From Negaprion brevirostris (Eukaryota): a stretch of DNA of 64,000 bases. Location of the stretch: contig JARDVH010000084.1 in the NCBI GenBank assembly GCA_030324005.1, positions 92,718,927 to 92,782,926 of the forward strand. Reading direction: 5' to 3'. Positions 1 through 13,656 of the stretch are shown piece by piece (position 1 is the stretch's first letter; each line of letters starts with the position of its first letter). Position numbers and translations under genes: made by a program. The notes beneath the pieces were generated by a model. It was not told the origin of the DNA. It did not search any database and worked only from the letters and a program-made list of their open reading frames with translations.

Positions 1-109
1 AACTCACCTTGCCTAAGCCTGCATCGCCTAAGCCCTGTGAGCCAAAGCCTTTGCAGTACTCACTCAGCACCCACCTCACTCTGCTGCCAGCTCCCGACGC
101 TGCCCTCTA

Positions 110-2950
110 TCTACTGTGGCCTTGTTTTTATACTCCCTCAATCCCTTCCCAACAGATTTGTCAAGCATGGTTTCCTCTTCATAACTCCATGCTGACTCTG
201 TCTGATCCTGGCAGTGCTTTCCAAATGTTCTGTTATAAAGCCCTTGATAATGGATTCGAGAGTTTTCCACAGTACCTTTGTTAAGGTTTCTGGTCTACAA
301 TTCCCTGTTTGGTCTCTACCTCCCTTTTTGATAGCGGAGTGGAATTTGCTGTCCTCCAACCTACAGTTCGAGAGTCTATAGAATCCTGGAAGGTGACGAC
401 CAATACATGTAGTGTTTCCCGAGCCAGTTACTTAAATGCTCTGAGATGGAAACAATTAGACCCTGGGGGGTTTATCCACCTTCAATNNNNNNNNNNCTTC
501 AATCCTATCAACTTGCCCAGCACCATTTTTCTATTCACATTGATCTCCCTCAGTTCTTCCGTCTCATTAAATCTTCCATTCTCCAAAATTTCTAGCAGTT
601 TGTTTGTGTTCTCTTTCCTGAATACAGGACCAAAGCGTGTACTCTGTTGCTTGGCCATTTCTGCGTTCTCCAATGTGTTTCTCCAGTTTCTGTCTGTAGG
701 AGACCTACGTTTGTCTTCACCAACTTCTTTCTCTTCATGTATCTTTGGAAACGCTTAGTGACCGTCTTTTATGTTCCATGCACGCTTACCTCCGGACTAT
801 ATGCAGTCCTTCGTAATCAATCCCTTGGTCATTCTTTGCTGAAACGCCTCCAATTTGCAGACCTATTATTTTTCTTGACTTATCTGTATGCTCCTTCCTT
901 AGATAGGATATTCTCAATAATAACATTTGCAAATCATGGATTGCCCTCTTACGCGTTTTGTTTTTCGTTCCAGACAAGGATAAACACTTGTTGCAATTCC
1001 TCATGCGTTCCTTGAATGTTTGCCATTGTCTGTTCACTACCATCCTTTACACTAACTCTACCCAATATATCACGAACAACTCACGCCTCATATCCTCATA
1101 GCTTCTGTCATTACGATTCAGTAATCTAGTGTCCGAATCAACTACCTCATTTTCCATCTTGATTAAACAAAAAATATTATGATATGGTCACCTGTTCAAA
1201 GGGGTCTCGTACAACCCGATTGGCAACGAGTCCCTTCTCAAAACACAGTACGTAGTCTAAGTTGGCCTGCTCTCAATTGTTTCTCCACATATTGGTCAAG
1301 AAAACTATCCCATATACACACCAACCATTTCACCTCTTTGGCATTGTGAGTAATTTGATTTGTCCAATTTATGTGCAGATTAAAATCACCCATGATTACA
1401 GGTATTCCCTTATCACGTGCATCACGGTTTTCAAGTTTAATGCCATTCTCAACACCACCATTTGTATTTTGGTGTTTATATATTGCACCCGCTAATGTTT
1501 TGCCCCTTGACATTTCTCGAGTATATGAATACAGACTTCATGTTGTCAGAATTAATATTCTTCCTCACTATTGTGTTAACTTCCTCTCTAACCAGCAATG
1601 TCACTTCACAACCTTTTACTTTATGTCTGACCTCCCTAAATATTGAACATCCTGGGACATTCGATTCCCACCTCTGGTCACCCTGTAGCCAGGTTTACAT
1701 ATTCCCAAATATATCATGCCCGTTTATATCTGCCTGCGCGATTAGTTCATTCACTTTATTNNNNNNNNNNCATGCATTTTGGCTCAGAGCATTTAGACTT
1801 GTCTTGTTTCTTTTACTCCCAGTTGTTTTCATGTAACCCGGTTTGAACTTTATTCTTGCTTTCTCTTTCTATCACTTTTCTTATTCCCGTTTCTACCTTC
1901 TTTGTAGTCCCTGTGTCTTCGATCTTTGACTCCTGACATAGGTTTCCATCCCATTATGCTTTAAAGCTCCCCCAAACGTTCCAGCAAACACTCCCCGTAG
2001 GACATCAGTTCCAGTCCAGCCCGGGTGTAATCTGCCCAATCTGTACAGGTCCCACGTCCGCAGAACCAGCCCCAATGCCTCAAGAAACAGAAACCCTCCC
2101 CCGATACCATCTCTCCAACCACATATTTATCCAATATTTTCTGTCATCGCTACTCTGACTAGTACGTGACACAAGTCGTAACCCAGAGATGACAACGTTT
2201 GAGATCCGATTTCTTAACTTTCTTCCCAGCTCCCGGTTTTCTGCTCTTAGAGCCTCACTTTTTAACTATGTCGTTTGTAACAACGTGTGATGTGACCGCT
2301 GCCTGTTTACCCTCCCGCTTCAGAATACCTGCAGCCGCTTCTAGACACTATTGATCCTAGCACAATTGAGGCAACATACCATCTTGAAGTCTCGCTTGCA
2401 GCCACAATAACGCCTGTCTATACCCCTCACAGTTGACTTTTCTGTCACNNNNNNNNNNNNNNCACTCCCCTCTGCAGCAGAACACAATGTGGTGCAACGA
2501 GTTTGGCTGCTGATACTTACCCTAGAGAGGTCGCTCACCTGAACAATATCCAAAGTGGTATATCCTTTTGCAGGGGACTGGCCACAGGATATTCCAGCAC
2601 TACCTGCCTATCCCTCTTGCTCTGTCTGGTTGTCACCCATTCCGTTCCTGCTTGCGGAATCAGAACCTGCAGTGACAACCTCGTATGACGTATTATCCAA
2701 AATACTCTCTGACTTGTGGATGCAGCACTGCGCCTCCAGCCGCCGCTCCAGCTGAGTCTCGAGCTTCTAGGGGTTGTAACTGGATACAGTTCCTGCACAC
2801 ATGCTGACCCAGGGGACTGGAACTGGCCCCAGCCTGCCACATGGAGCAAAAGGAGGAAACAACGGCCTGTAGCTCTCCTATCATGCCTTACCCTGTTATC
2901 ACACTTATTTCAAAACGAACTTTTTCTAAGACGGCCTAAAATGATTTTCT
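110..2950 (-). mobile_element. Decayed CR1-type LINE: ORF1 (Cys motif and SGNH esterase), endonuclease and start of RT
   Basis: Minus-strand peptides: VSSFCSMW...HVCRNCIQLQ (ORF1 N-terminus), WDLYRLGRLHPGWTGTDVL (esterase C-terminus), VIMGDFNLHINW (APE endonuclease), GNCRP...KTLESIIK...SQHG...CLTNLL (RT N-terminus); many stops and frameshifts. Confidence 0.9.
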
Positions 2951-3019
2951 GTCCCGTTCCCAACGTACCACTATCCACCTATCAATCAAATGTGTATTTA
3001 ACTCGATTTTAGATATTTC

Positions 3020-5100
3020 TAATTATCTAACCTACTGGTCAGAAAATTCCAGAAATTCACCACACGCCGGAATAAATTTTTGTTCACCTGAGCTTAAATA
3101 ACTGGCCATTTATCTTATGACGATGCCCATTGTTCGCGACTGTGACACTGGTGAAAACATTTCGCCATCTCGAGTAGAATCATNNNNNNNNNNAATCATA
3201 GAATCGCCATACTGCAGAAGGAGGCCGTTCGGCTCATGGAGCCTACGCCAATGGCGTAGGACATAGGACATATCCCCGTAACCCCCCATAATTACACTGG
3301 TAATGCCCCTGTCACTATGATCAATTAAGCATAGCCAACAGCTCTGAGTCGCGCATCATTGGACTTTGGGAGGAAACTGGAACACCCAAAAGAAACCCAA
3401 GCAGAGACGGAATGAGTGTGCAAATTCTGCATAGACTGTCTCCCAAGCCGCGAATTGAAGCTGGATTCTGGTGTTGTGAGTCAGCTGTGATAAGTCTATT
3501 CCGCTGTGCCGTCCCTGTGAATGCACCTTAGGATCTTACATGTTTGGAAATGTTTATCCCTCGTTCTTCTAAATTTCAACAAACACAGACATGGAATCGT
3601 TAATCTCTCCACACAGTGCAGCTCTCTCATCCTTGGAATCAGGCTGCTGAATCACATTTTGGCTACTTCTCGTATTACTCTGCCTTGTGTAAGTGGACAA
3701 AAATAAGTGCGGTTTTCCAGGTGAAGCCGCACCAAAAACGCTATACAATTGTAACAAGATCTCTCTTTTTCATACAGTGCTGTCGTTCCAAAGATGGTCA
3801 AAATGTATTTTGCCTTTTTAACGACTTGTTGTCTCGTTGCTATCTTTGTGATTCGTATACTAGAACACGCAAGTATTTCCGTATTTCATTCACCCGCATT
3901 TAATTAAAATTTAAATATTAATCCGCTTTTCATTCTCCTCCTACAAAAGTGCACAAACTATCAAATCCCCAAATTGAACTCCCGTTGCTGGGTTTTCACC
4001 CGGTCACAAAATCTATCTATATCCAGTTGCAGAATCAAAACGTCTCCATCACAACCTGGCATTCCACATACATTCATGTCATAAGCAAATTTGGAAATTT
4101 TACTTATGTTACCCTTTCTGGTGATTAAAGTAAATGGCGAGCATTTGTGGGCCAAAAGATGATCCCTGATCGGGTCCAAAACTGATATATTTCCATTCTG
4201 AAAATGATCTATTTATCACAACTTTTTTTTTTCAATCTGGCAGTCAGTTTTTAATTCATTCTAACACACTTCCTTCAAATCTATGGCCTTTTACTTCACT
4301 CGCTAGTTTTTTATTGTGTGACACCTTGTCAAATACCGTTTTGAAATCCAAATACGCAACATCTACAGATTTCCCTTTATCGAATATTTCGGTTACATCC
4401 TCAAGATTTCGAGCAAATTTGTCAAACATGGTATCTTTTTCATATAACTGTGTTCACTCGCGTTTATTTTCTTTAATTTTCGCAAATGATTAGCTATTTT
4501 CTCTTTCATTATTGACGCCAGTATCTTGTTGATACTATAATTAACAAATAACTGACTTATAAGCCCCTTCCTTCAGCCTTTCTCCCTTTTTGCACAAGGA
4601 TGTCAGGTTATCTAACTTCCAATTTTGTGATACAATACCATAATTCCGAGAATTACAGCAAACAAAAAAAAGATCAATGCGTCCACGATTTCCGAAGCCT
4701 CTTCCAATAACAACTCTATCAAGGTGTCAAATGGATCAGTGTCATTGGCCGCCATTAGCTGGTTAAGCTTACCTAACCATTCACCTTCTGTGGTGGAATT
4801 ATATTACGTTCTACCACATTATTTGTTACCAGGCTGATTTCGAGATATTTGCAACGTCTTCAACGGTGAGGACCAATAAAAANNNNNNNNNNNNNNNNNN
4901 NNNNNNNNNNNNNNNNNNNNNNNNNNNNNNNNNNNNNNNNNNNNNNNNNNNNNNNNNNNNNNNCCATTTCCTATTTATATATCCATAGGTTTATCTGCTC
5001 TATTTGAATGTCAAATAAAAGGCTACGCTCAGACATACTTCCCCCCCTTCCTATGAACGTTCAGACTTTTGTTGTTGGGTACTAAAATGTCCCTGTCCTC
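3020..5100 (-). mobile_element. Older CR1 LINE ORF2 3' half, interrupted by a SINE
   Basis: ISKISKFAYDMNVCG (degenerate SKFADD RT core) at 3961-4179 and further RT-like text either side. Confidence 0.8.
3195..3515 (-). mobile_element. HE1/V-SINE-type tRNA-derived SINE nested in CR1
   Basis: ggactttgggaggaaactggaacaccc...gaaaccca central motif and CR1-like tail (atcatagaatc...gaggccgttcggc). Confidence 0.75.
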
Positions 5101-5210
5101 TTGTCTAACACTGTACACCTGCTTTTCAACCTTAACCTCCTCTGTTAACCATTGATTTTGAAACGTTTTCAAATATGATGAAAAAAATGGTGCTTTCTGT
5201 ATATACTTAC

Positions 5211-5237
5211 TGCTTTCGCGTACAACATGCTGAGTGT
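5211..5237 (-). CDS. Candidate 27-nt phase-1 micro-exon (D-TQHVVRES)
   Basis: tctgatttttgttttcaag|ACACTCAGCATGTTGTACGCGAAAGCA|gtaagtat; paralogue-like to 17845-17871. Confidence 0.68.
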
Positions 5238-6169
5238 CTTGAAAACAAAAATCAGAAGACAAAATATAGAAGACAAAAATATTTCATTCGTTGTTTCAAG
5301 ATTTTCAAAGATGGAAAGGTGGACACCTAAAAAAGAAAATTCTGCCGTGTTCTCGGTAATCTGCCCAGTGATTGATTAGGTATTTATTGTGAGGTAATCG
5401 TCTGAATGTTGAAATATTCTCGTGCCTTCTGTGGTTCAAATTGAAATGTATTTTCATTCACATATTTTATCTGGATAAGCACAAGTAAGCTGACAATGAT
5501 AGAAACAATGCTAATATTATCCAAATCTTAAAACAGAGGGCTAGAAGAAGGAGTAAATCGTTACCCGATTTAGAAAGCAGTATTTTCAACGTATTAAACA
5601 TTGTGCGACGACAAAGCATTTCTAGTTCTGAAAGCTAATGGTTTGCATAATTAGAAAATTAACGTTTTTGTTTCACGAGTCGTTGCAATCGAGACGAATC
5701 ATGGAACGTACAATTATTTACATATCTATATAGTTCCATACATAAGTGCGAGCAATTGGCCTATTTGTATTTAATCAGCTGATAATAAATCGCTAAAGCT
5801 CCTATATCTTCCTATCGATTCTCCGTTGTGTGCAAAATAAACATATAATTTAAATGCATATATATATATATATATATCAGCCTACTGAGCCGATATTTTA
5901 TAAAAAGGGGCGTGTTAGTCAGTCATTTGAGAAAAAAATACAAACAGCACAAACAAAACTGGTACATTAACATCTCATCTTTGAGTAACCTAAACCTTTT
6001 TTTTTTATCGTCCAACTTTTGAAACAGTCACATAGCCTCTCGATGTCCGTTATGAGAATATGTCTAGCATGGTATATGTCACATTTGAACTTCAAAGTTG
6101 GATTTAGCCCGCCTATGTTCAACAAAACCGAGTTAAGNNNNNNNNNNNNNNNNNNNNNNNNNNNNNNNG

Positions 6170-6615
6170 GATTCTCTCATGACGATGAACTGAATTAACT
6201 GGGGCTATGCTCATTGTAATGCTGAAGAATGTGGAGGGATATTTTAGAAACATATAAGATTATGAAGTGATTAGATGAGATAGAACCAATGAAGTTGTTT
6301 GCACTGATACGTGAAACATGAACTAAGAGGCATGGCACAAAATAAGGGGGAGCCGATGTAGGTCTGAGATGCGTAGGAACGTATTCATCAAAAGGGTTGT
6401 GAATCTGTTAAATTCCTTGCCCAGAGAAGCAGATAAGACTAGATCACTGAATGGTTATAAGGAAAGGATAGATACATTTTGAACAGTAAATTAATTAAGT
6501 GTCATGGTGAGTGGGCGGGTAAGTGGAGCTGAGAGCATGGAATGATCAGTTATGATCCTTTGGAATGGCTGACTAGACTCGAGGGGGAAAATGGCTCCTA
6601 ATTATTATGTTCTTA
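6170..6615 (+). mobile_element. CR1/HER1 LINE 3' end
   Basis: agggttgtgaatctg...aattccttgcccag and 3' UTR ending gactcgagggg...attatgttctta. Confidence 0.85.
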
Positions 6616-6875
6616 AAACAATGGAATGTCGCCAACTAATTCTGACAGTTGGCAGTGATATTTAGATGTTGGATATCACAAATGTAATGGACAAATTAAA
6701 AAGCAGAAGTGGCTTGAAAGCTTACATCGTTGGTCATCGTAGAATAAAACTTTCTGGACGAACATTGATCAAGCCACAGCTACGCCTGTGTGTGTATATG
6801 TGCGTGTCTGTGTTTGTGTGTCCTTTTTTAATTACAGGAGATTAACTTGCATGATAATTGTCCTTAGCCTCTTAC

Positions 6876-6899
6876 CCTCCAGCTTTTCCGGAGGTATTT
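6876..6899 (-). CDS. Candidate 24-nt phase-1 micro-exon (x-IPPEKLE)
   Basis: atttatgtttccttag|AAATACCTCCGGAAAAGCTGGAGG|gtaaga. Confidence 0.68.
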
Positions 6900-7519
6900 C
6901 TAAGGAAACATAAATGCAATTGACATTCATTCCAATGCGTACACAGCAGAAATATTTTGTCAACATACTGACTTTGTCAAAATGTCCCAGTGCCTCCATA
7001 TGGACGTCTGAAAAAAAAATGTGTATACTTCCACTGATCGTTCAGGGCAATGGAAACTGAAATTAAATGGAAATGGCTGGCTCTTTCACGTTACTGTCAT
7101 ATTTATTCCTAAACCAATGTTGCTAATACGAATTAAAAAATTGGCATGCATTTAGGATCTTATATGGGAACCGCACAGTTTGCGAACAGCATTGCTCGTC
7201 AACAATTTTAGAATTTATCGAAGTGCGTTAAGTTGTGCAACTGATAGGGCGGAAATGATCATGTTCCGAATTATCCTGGATTGCTAACTGTTGAATCTGG
7301 AAGGTACCTCAAATATGTGGTGTGGAAGGCCTCATGAAAGTTCTCGAAATGACTCTGTGCCCTAATTGTCCACATGCCTTCACTGTCACTTGACAATTGT
7401 ACTGTACTCTGAAACCTGCAGTAAAACGATTTAAAAGGCTAACATAGGACGTTTTGCCAAATTATAGGAATATTTATGCTTAAGGAATTGGAAGAAATAA
7501 AACCACTTCTCGTTTCAGA

Positions 7520-8215
7520 ATACCGATTTTTAGCATCCAGACCCAGCACCGCACATGGTTCGTTGGACCCTCAGCTTCCCCATGCAATGGTCTCTCCCAA
7601 TAATACCGACCGGCGTCGAACTAACGGTAGTCGATTTCCCCCTACGTCTCCCGCAGCTGACTGGTCCAACCCACGCTTCAACTCGATCCGGCACACCCAG
7701 GGTGTCTTCCACTACGTCGGCACTCCGGAAATAGTCTTTGATCCCGAGCCAGGGGAGTGGAGCCGTCTTCATCCCTACCCACAAACATCACTACTGTCCC
7801 CTCCTCCCGAATTTTCGAGAGCGTATCAACACGTTTACAATATCACCTCTAGGAGAGGTCCAACACCCATACCATTATCCTCATTGCACCGACATGACAC
7901 CACCTATCACAAATGTATCAGGCGCACACAACCCCAACTGCAAACAGTTCAGTCGAGGCGTCCATCCCATCGTGCTCCTGGACATATGACCGGAAATGCT
8001 CTTTGGGCAGACAAACCAACGCCATATGGAGCAGCACCTCCAAACAAAGCCAAAGTCTCATCCACCCCATTCCCATCATCCCCCCAACGCCCCCTCCACA
8101 CACCAAGAGCAACCATCCCTCAGAGTCAAACGGCCAATTCCCTCCGCTTTCCTGGATGCTTGCCTTACACCTGGCCTGCCAATCTCACTGGACGCCATTA
8201 ACACAAGAAGATTCC
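7520..8215 (-). mobile_element. Probable decayed L1/Tx1-type LINE ORF2 fragment
   Basis: C-rich plus strand; minus peptides TAPLPWLG...DVVEDTL and VCLPKEHFR recall the post-RT region of shark L1/Tx1 elements (from memory, not aligned). Confidence 0.45.
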
Positions 8216-8859
8216 AGGTACTTATTGCAGCAATTGCATGCAGATAGCCTTCCCGTGTGAGTTTTGGTTGAGTAGGGCTGTGGCATGTTGTATTTCATTT
8301 TTGGGGCGCCAAGAATCTCCCGCCAGTGGGGTTTTGAAGAAAGTTTTCAAGACATTTAAGTGCGCTCTATTTTCATTTAATTGCAACAGACAACTACTTC
8401 GCCTCACTGAGTGGGATCTGCTACCTGCCCTTTTTCTTAATAAAAGAAGGAATGAATCATGCAGTTTGTCCTTCGGTTATGCATGTTGTTGGCATGGAAC
8501 ATTCAAAATGCCATTGGAAAGAAAATGGAAGGTTTTAATCGTTGCGTTAGTAATGTACACCATATTTTGACGAGGATAAACTTCTTCTGGGCAGCTATGC
8601 CACCTATTTAATGGCTGCCAATAGTGTGGGATATTAGGTTCATTTCCTGTTGAATATTTTCTCTCTCTATTTAGACGGTTACTATACATAATCCCAATGC
8701 ATTTTCTGATCGCTTTTGTTCATTTCACGTCGCGCTGGTATTCTCCGACAGGCGTCCATTTAACGAACCAAAGAATGATAACTGGTTCCAGAGTCATAGA
8801 CAGGCGTGTAATCGCTGCCTCTCCTGAAGCTGCAGAGGGCGTGCCTAAGACAACAACAA

Positions 8860-9040
8860 TCCACTGCCATAGAAACCAGTTGAGGCCAATATCACTACCT
8901 CTTGAGGCGAAGAAAACCATTTTTTTTGTGTGTGAAGTCTGGAGTGAGCTATTGCGTTGCATGATCAGCCATGATGATAATGAATGGTGGTACATATTCA
9001 AAAGGTCGAATAACCTGCTTCTACCACCATGTTCTTAATT
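8860..9040 (+). mobile_element. CR1 3' end fragment
   Basis: gatcagccatgatgataatgaatggtgg...ggtcgaataacctgcttct...atgttctta terminus. Confidence 0.75.
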
Positions 9041-9487
9041 TCCATTTTCCCACCTCAGAGCAATGTACATGTTCCATTCTTTATTATGTGGAATCTTTAT
9101 GACAATATAGCCCAGTGATATATCAAATCAAATGCCACATTCTGCAAGATCCATTCATGTGTTCTCGGCTTTCAAGGCTTTGGTCATATTGCTTCAATGC
9201 ATTCAGGGTTCAAATTCAGCCATTTTATTCACCTTAGTGTTTGAAATTACCAACAAAGTATGGTTTCCTTCAATCCACTTATCATGCCGGACACATTGTA
9301 ACGCGACATATTCATCTGGATGTCTTCAAATGTCCATTGTGTAAAACATTGACAGCAGTTATGGTGATAGGAGTTGTCCCAAAATGCTGATGCTTAACGC
9401 GACAAATGTCGAAAGGGGACTCCTTGTATAGTCGTGCATGTTTCGGGGCCAAAGGGAAAATAATGAAACAAACAAAAAACTTCTTAC

Positions 9488-9511
9488 GTCTCTTTCTTAA
9501 TTCGGACAGTT
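9488..9511 (-). CDS. Candidate 24-nt phase-1 micro-exon (E-LSELRKR)
   Basis: ttgctccttctctttacag|AACTGTCCGAATTAAGAAAGAGAC|gtaaga; phase 0 closed by TAA; heptad-like peptide. Confidence 0.72.
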
Positions 9512-12239
9512 CTGTAAAGAGAAGGAGCAATTGCAGGTAATTAATTGCAATAGCAACATTAAACAAAATTAAGACTGTGATTGTTTGGTACGACAAAGTT
9601 TAGAACAGCTTTTCCATAAATTAGCGTCAATTTTCTTAATGCCTGAATTAAAAAGAGAGGACACGTTTTCCAGTGAATAAACTTTGGGAATCCGTTGTGT
9701 CATTTTGCCACTTCAACATGGTGTTAATCATTTAGAACGTAGTTGCAGTTCACTCAGTAATTGGTAATCGGCACTGTAACCGTTTACCCATAATTAGGCA
9801 AGTACGGCTAAGGATAATTAATATTTCCCATGTCAGCATTGTAATGGAGTTGCAAGTTATCAACCTATTAAAATATTTCCGCAATCATGACACATTGTTG
9901 TCATTGAAGGACATAGCCAATTGCCCATGGTTCAAGATGCGACAGAGGCATGAAAACCATTCTTTCAAAGCAAAAGAAACATGCAATTACTAAATATTCT
10001 CTCAGGGTATTTCGGGCATCTAAAAGCCGGGAGGTTGGTTGGACAAGAGTTGTTACTGCTGCAACCAAATTTCTCGTTCGGTATTTTATTGTCATGGTAC
10101 ATAACTAATGACTAATGCTTTATGTCTACAANNNNNNNNNNNNNNNNNNNNNNNNNNNNNNNNNNNNNNNNNNNNNNNNNNNNNNNNNNNNNNNNNNNNN
10201 NNNNNNNNNNNNNNNNNNNNNNNNNNNNNNNNNNNNNNNNNNNNNNNNNNNNNNNNNNNNNNNNNNNNNNNNNNNNNNNNNNNNNNNNNNNNNNNNNNNN
10301 NNNNNNNNNNNNNNNNNNNNNNNNNNNNNNNNNNNNNNNNNNNNNNNNNNNNNNNNNNNNNNNNNNNNNNNNNNNNNNNNNNNNNNNNNNNNNNNNNNNN
10401 NNNNNNNNNNNNNNNNNNNNNNNNNNNNNNNNNNNNNNNNNNNNNNNNNNNNNNNNNNNNNNNNNNNNNNNNNNNNNNNNNNNNNNNNNNNNNNNNNNNN
10501 NNNNNNNNNNNNNNNNNNNNNNNNNNNNNNNNNNNNNNNNNNNNNNNNNNNNNNNNNNNNNNNNNNNNNNNNNNNNNNNNNNNNNNNNNNNNNNNNNNNN
10601 NNNNNNNNNNNNNNNNNNNNNNNNNNNNNNNNNNNNNNNNNNNNNNNNNNNNNNNNNNNNNNNNNNNNNNNNNNNNNNNNNNNNNNNNNNNNNNNNNNNN
10701 NNNNNNNNNNNNNNNNNNNNNNNNNNNNNNNNNNNNNNNNNNNNNNNNNNNNNNNNNNNNNNNNNNNNNNNNNNNNNNNNNNNNNNNNNNNNNNNNNNNN
10801 NNNNNNNNNNNNNNNNNNNNNNNNNNNNNNNNNNNNNNNNNNNNNNNNNNNNNNNNNNNNNNNNNNNNNNNNNNNNNNNNNNNNNNNNNNNNNNNNNNNN
10901 NNNNNNNNNNNNNNNNNNNNNNNNNNNNNNNNNNNNNNNNNNNNNNNNNNNNNNNNNNNNNNNNNNNNNNNNNNNNNNNNNNNNNNNNNNNNNNNNNNNN
11001 NNNNNNNNNNNNNNNNNNNNNNNNNNNNNNNNNNNNNNNNNNNNNNNNNNNNNNNNNNNNNNNNNNNNNNNNNNNNNNNNNNNNNNNNNCGGACATTATA
11101 GCTGATGTGTGGTGACTAAACAAATGTGTGGGAATAGGAAGGAAGGGTCATTAGCAACGGCATTTAATCTAGGCGCTTGTCAGTGTCAGCAGAGTTCTCA
11201 TGTATTTGGGTGGACAGTGTATTTCCTGAAATGGAGGTGGAAATTCAAGTGCAGGAAGCTAATGAAAGGGATGCAAAAGCAAAGTTAACGAAACTTTTGT
11301 GATTCAGATGAAATTTATTTATTATTTCTATGTCCCACAAAGGGAACAATGTGATGATGCACCAGACACCGACCAATCTGGAATATTAAAAAAAATATAT
11401 AACTAGCACCAGAGCCAAGAATATTTCGCATAAAATACAAGGAAGGCATAATATCAGGTTTCACTTTAATTAAAAATCTATTTTCAGCATGTAAGGCAAG
11501 GTAAATGAGTAACCGCTAAATGAGGAAATAATTTCGTCTAGTCGGATGAGGGAGGCAACGCTGGATGAACATTGATATGGCTCGTTCCAATAATTAACTG
11601 GATGACTCATAGACTGCACTGGTGACACGTGGAGCAGGTCAGGTTGTGCATAATGAAAAAAAAAGATGCAGCTCAGGTATCCCTTCCTTGCCACTAATTC
11701 CTGTAAATCTGAAGAAAGAAATCGGATTTAAATATTTATTTCCTCGCAACGCATGACATCGTGATATTAATTCCGAAGAACTTGGCGCATAACTTCAGTA
11801 GGACATGACGATTTGAAAAAAAAACACAATAATTTTTCATACCGATGACATGGAAACTGTAGAAGCGAGCTGTATGGAGTTGGACGTTTACACGTTCTTA
11901 CCCAGAGACAGTGAACTCTATTCTACATGTTTTTTTTTCATAAAGGGCAAGTATATGTATTGTTAATATGTTTAATGCAGCATGGACGCCTTTTCTACCA
12001 TTAACGCTTTCAGTCTTTTTTTTCCCCCTGACAGGTATTACTGATTCGTCCTTCAAACATCATCTATTCTAGACTCGAACGTTTGTCCTTAATGTCATTA
12101 CCATGCCACATGTTTGGTGTTCACGGCATCATTGCATTTAATGTTGTCTTTCCGATAATTTACCCTAAATTTATGTCTTGTTTTAAATTTGTCCTCTCTA
12201 TTCAAATATAAATACATATCTTCCTTCAGTCCTGGGAAA

Positions 12240-12812
12240 TAGACGCTGCCGACTTGCCAGCAATTATTGCCCGTCCCCAGTTGCAAGGGTAGTTCAGAAT
12301 TAACCACATTTTCTGTGGCTCTGGACTCGCATGTTGGCCACACCGGGTAAGGATGGCAGAAGGATCTAGATAGGCTGGGCGAATGGGCCAGGAACTGGCA
12401 AATGGAATTTAATNNNNNNNNNNNNNNNNNNNNNNNNNNNNNNNNNNNNNNNNNNNNNNNNNNNNNNNNNNNNNNNNNNNNNNNNNNNNNNNNNNNNNNN
12501 NNNNNNNNNNNNNCCATGATCTTATTGAATGGCGGGGCAGGCTCGAAGGGCTGGATGGCCTACTCCTGCTCCTATTTCTTAGGTTCTTATTTAATTCCCT
12601 AAAGGACAATAGTGAATCAAGTGTGTTTTTTTTTGTTTTGACAATCGACAGTATGTTCGTGATCATCAGTAGATTCTCAATTCCAGATTTATTTTCTTGA
12701 ATTCAAATTCCAACATCTGCCATGCCGGGATTTGAACCTAAGTCCGCAGAGCATTATCTGAGCTTCTGGATCAATAGTCTAGGGATAATACTAGGAGGGC
12801 ATCGCCCCCTCC
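12240..12812 (-). mobile_element. Second tRNA-head SINE family (SacSINE1/DeuSINE-like, tentative), split by a CR1 insertion
   Basis: accacattttctgtggctctggactc...gggtaaggatggcaga continues after the insert as ttccctaaaggaca...gggatttgaacc (B-box, reverse). Confidence 0.65.
12360..12592 (+). mobile_element. Young CR1 fragment spanning an N gap
   Basis: DLDRLGEWARNWQMEFN before the gap; intact 3' UTR (gaatggcggggcaggctcgaagggc...cctactcctgctcctatttctta) after it. Confidence 0.88.
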
Positions 12813-13291
12813 ACCATAACCTAACAAATTCCCATTTTCGTTCCGAAGAAGTCATTTGTCAGTTGAAAGATTAAACTGCTGCTTTGTCTCCAGATTGTTT
12901 TCCCAAATTTGCTGAGTTTTGGTCGAAATTCTTGTTTTCAATTCAGATCACGCCTTTCTTAGTATGTGCGTTCTCTTTTTAATATGTAATAGCCTCATTA
13001 CAGCTGACAAATTGGAATTAAAATGTGGTCTGTCAGTCTGTTGAGCTGTTCAGTCACATTGTAACAATTTGTAGCTGCTTTTTTTTTTGCGCTCTGAGTT
13101 TGTTGGTTCACAATTAGCCCTATCCTGTTGGCAATAGGCATTTGTTACAAGGGCCGTGAACTCTATGTCTGCTTAATGTCTGCAAGCTTACACTGAGATC
13201 ATTCCACTCAATTAATCAATATCTTAAGGTAACCCCGGCAATACATTGTAATAACAAAATTAAATAGAACACAACTTTAGAGTTTGTTTAC

Positions 13292-13318
13292 CTGCACCTT
13301 TGTCAAGTAACTGTTTCA
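13292..13318 (-). CDS. Candidate 27-nt phase-1 micro-exon (x-KQLLDKGA)
   Basis: gcattcggattacag|TGAAACAGTTACTTGACAAAGGTGCAG|gtaaac; shares the QLLxK motif with 17845-17871. Confidence 0.55.
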
Positions 13319-13656
13319 CTGTAATCCGAATGCATATTTGATCTTGTCAACAAAACGTAATATGCAAGAAATGAAGGTCATAAAGCTGAGTAACTATCTA
13401 CTGAATAATTTTGAATTATAACAATTCGAAGCCCACTCAGAGTAAATCTCAGAAACAGCTTTTGCATAAATTTCCAGTTAAATACGTCTTTTAATAAAGC
13501 ATATTTCAGAACTTAGTTTGAGGTCCATGTTAGATTGTTAGTGAAGACAAGGTATTTCAGTATGTAAAAGAANNNNNNNNNNNNNNNNNNNNNNNNNNNN
13601 NNNNNNNNNNNNNNNNNNNNNNNNNNNNNNNNNNNNNNNNNNNNNNNNNNNNNNNN

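Noticed and set aside
7476-8201. Longest clean ORF (241 aa, +), briefly considered as viral (hepadnavirus-like overlapping frames)
   Set aside because: Pro/Ser/Thr-rich with no viral or host motif; better explained as the C-rich antisense of a LINE remnant.
10092-11123. Long ORFs here and at 21.6-22.4, 28.8-29.6 and 30.1-30.7 kb
   Set aside because: They consist of N-gap X residues.
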